Assembly (NCBI RefSeq): GCF_006345805.1 | Contig: NC_043007.1 | Span: forward strand, 14,570,001-14,634,000 | Length of the DNA: 64,000 nucleotides | Direction: 5' to 3' | Source: Octopus sinensis | Taxonomy: Eukaryota | In this document: positions 62,543 through 64,000 of the stretch, one piece after another | Layout of the letters: each line of letters opens with the position of its first letter | Numbering within the stretch: position 1 is the first letter of the stretch | Translations under genes and position numbers: made by a program | Notes under the pieces: model-generated | What the model saw: only the letters and a program-made list of their open reading frames with translations | Told to the model about the DNA's origin: nothing | Database searches by the model: none

Positions 62543-62840
62543 GTGGAGGCGCAATGGCCCAGTGGTTAAGTCAGCGAACTCGCGGTCGGAGGATCGCGGT
62601 TTCGATTCCCAGACCGGGCGTTGTGTGTGTTTATTGAGCGAAAACACCTAAAAGCTCCACGAGGCTCCGACAGGGGGTGGTGCCGACCCCTGTTGTACTC
62701 TTTCGCCACAACTTTCTCTCACTCTTTCTTCCTGTTTCTTGATTAACGCTGAGATGGACTGGCGTTCCGTCCAGCTGGGGAGAGGACACATACGCCACAG
62801 AAACCGGGCCCATGAGCCTAGCTAGGCTTGAAAAGGGCGA
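62543..62840 (+). mobile_element. SINE family C with V-domain-like GATGGACTGGCGT(T/C)CCGTCCAG
   Basis: tRNA head GTGGAGGCGCAATGGCCCAGTGG; matches the minus-strand copy at 23640-23955. Confidence 0.88.
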
Positions 62841-62849
62841 CGTTTTTTT

Positions 62850-63032
62850 TATATTTAAGAGAAGAGGAATTATGTACAATATTTACATTTGACGGATATT
62901 TGTCCTCATCTTGTTGTTAACACAACGTTTCGGCTGATACATCCTCTAATCTTGATGAAGGCTGGAGGGTATATCAGCCGAAACGTTGTGTTAACAACAT
63001 GAGGACAAATATCCATCAAATGTAACTAATGT
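62850..63032 (+). mobile_element. Penelope-like terminal repeat foldback with degenerate minimal hammerhead
   Basis: Inverted arms at 62883-62946 and 62965-63025; TTGATGA-A-GGCTG...CAGCC-GAAAC-GTT. Confidence 0.65.
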
Positions 63033-63104
63033 AAACCTTATATAGATATCGGATGAGGACCACTGATGCAGAATTATTATTTTTTGTTTTTTGAAAAGCG
63101 GAAG

Positions 63105-63415
63105 GGATCTTTTCACTTTGACCGGCAGATTTTTAAAATAATTTCTTTGTAACTAAACACTTTTAAACTTCGTATACTGGTAGAATGTGTTACATAAAAC
63201 ATCTTTTTCTCTAGGTTTTCTTGAGAAAATTCTGTAGTTTGTAAGCTATTTCTTGTTTAATTTCTTGAACAGCAAATAGCTTACAAACTACAGAATTTTC
63301 TCAAGAAAGCCAAGAGAAAAAGATCTTTTACGTAACACATTCTACCAGTATACGAAGTTTAAAAGTGTTTAGTTACTAAGAAATTAAAAATCTGCCGGTC
63401 AAAGCGAAAAGATCC
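63105..63415. mobile_element. Foldback MITE of the GGATC-terminus family
   Basis: Two arms of about 150 bp in inverted orientation with almost no spacer. Confidence 0.85.
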
Positions 63416-63489
63416 GAGAAAGAATATTTAAATTTTGCCTTCTCGTGAACTTTTCAATGCCATTTAGTAAATGTTTACGCGCAATGTAG

Positions 63490-63502
63490 ATTGGTGACGT
63501 CA
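63490..63502. promoter_or_regulatory. Inverted CCAAT abutting a perfect CRE (ATTGG-TGACGTCA)
   Basis: Motif match only, in unique CpG-containing sequence. Confidence 0.25.
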
Positions 63503-64000
63503 TAAGCGAATGTTGATACGAAGCAGAAGAGAGGAAGAGTTTTACTTACTGTTATAGACTCTCGTCCCAACGTTACGGTGAATAGCAATCTTTTATAACT
63601 ACTTGAGATTTGAGATTTAAACTCAGTGACTGACATACAATTGTTTGCTGAAGTACTGGAAAATATTGGTGTCAAATGTAAAGGGAGAAAAGAAAAATAG
63701 AAAACGTGAGATAACGGAATTAATTTCGTATACGCACACATTGTTTTTCAATCACGTGGTTTTGAGTTCACCCCCCTCCACTGTGTGATACATTGGGCCT
63801 TTTTTACTATAACTACGGGTTGACCGATGTCTCATGTGTGAATCTGAGGGATGGAGGCTGCATGGAAGCCTGTCGTGTATACACACACACACACACGTAT
63901 ATAGTAACAAACCCACGTGCTTTAAGAAGTGATGTAAACGGTTCTTAAAACGAAAGATCGCCGAGATATACCGTAAATCCGCGAGTATAGTCCGCCCTTG

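Noticed and set aside
62543-62620. tRNA genes at SINE heads (also 1522, 3936 and others)
   Set aside because: A and B boxes are present but there is no complete cloverleaf, and each continues into a SINE body.

Overview
AT-rich, repeat-dense animal genomic DNA, most likely a cephalopod (Octopus-like); this is inferred from the tRNA-derived SINE families and the microsatellite load. No complete protein-coding gene is visible and nearly all six-frame ORFs are chance frames in repeats. The best host-gene evidence is a candidate first coding exon on the minus strand (38197-38259, MAQLPSCLLIAHEFEHKAVVQ, GTGAGT donor) beside promoter-like motifs, which would make about 1-38 kb mostly intron. Mobile DNA includes a full-length dead Hsmar1-like mariner, a Tc1 relic, internally deleted Chapaev3 and piggyBac elements, Merlin-like and other MITEs, three non-autonomous Helitrons, CR1/L2 and RTE LINE fragments, three Penelope-like terminal-repeat families and several SINE-type families. 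The labels A-E are mine; family D appears to be the 3' UTR of an RTE LINE. The most notable observations are: (1) a minimal type I hammerhead-ribozyme fold whose core carries the reciprocal G3:C8 swap (53958-54008); (2) family A SINEs forming 184-bp tandem arrays with a fixed palindromic junction, often ending in an older subfamily copy; (3) tandem pseudoknot-like modules in the RTE 3' UTR; (4) an old local duplication whose two copies differ strongly in CpG decay. All calls were made by eye without searches; repeat boundaries are approximate unless TSDs or TIRs are quoted.
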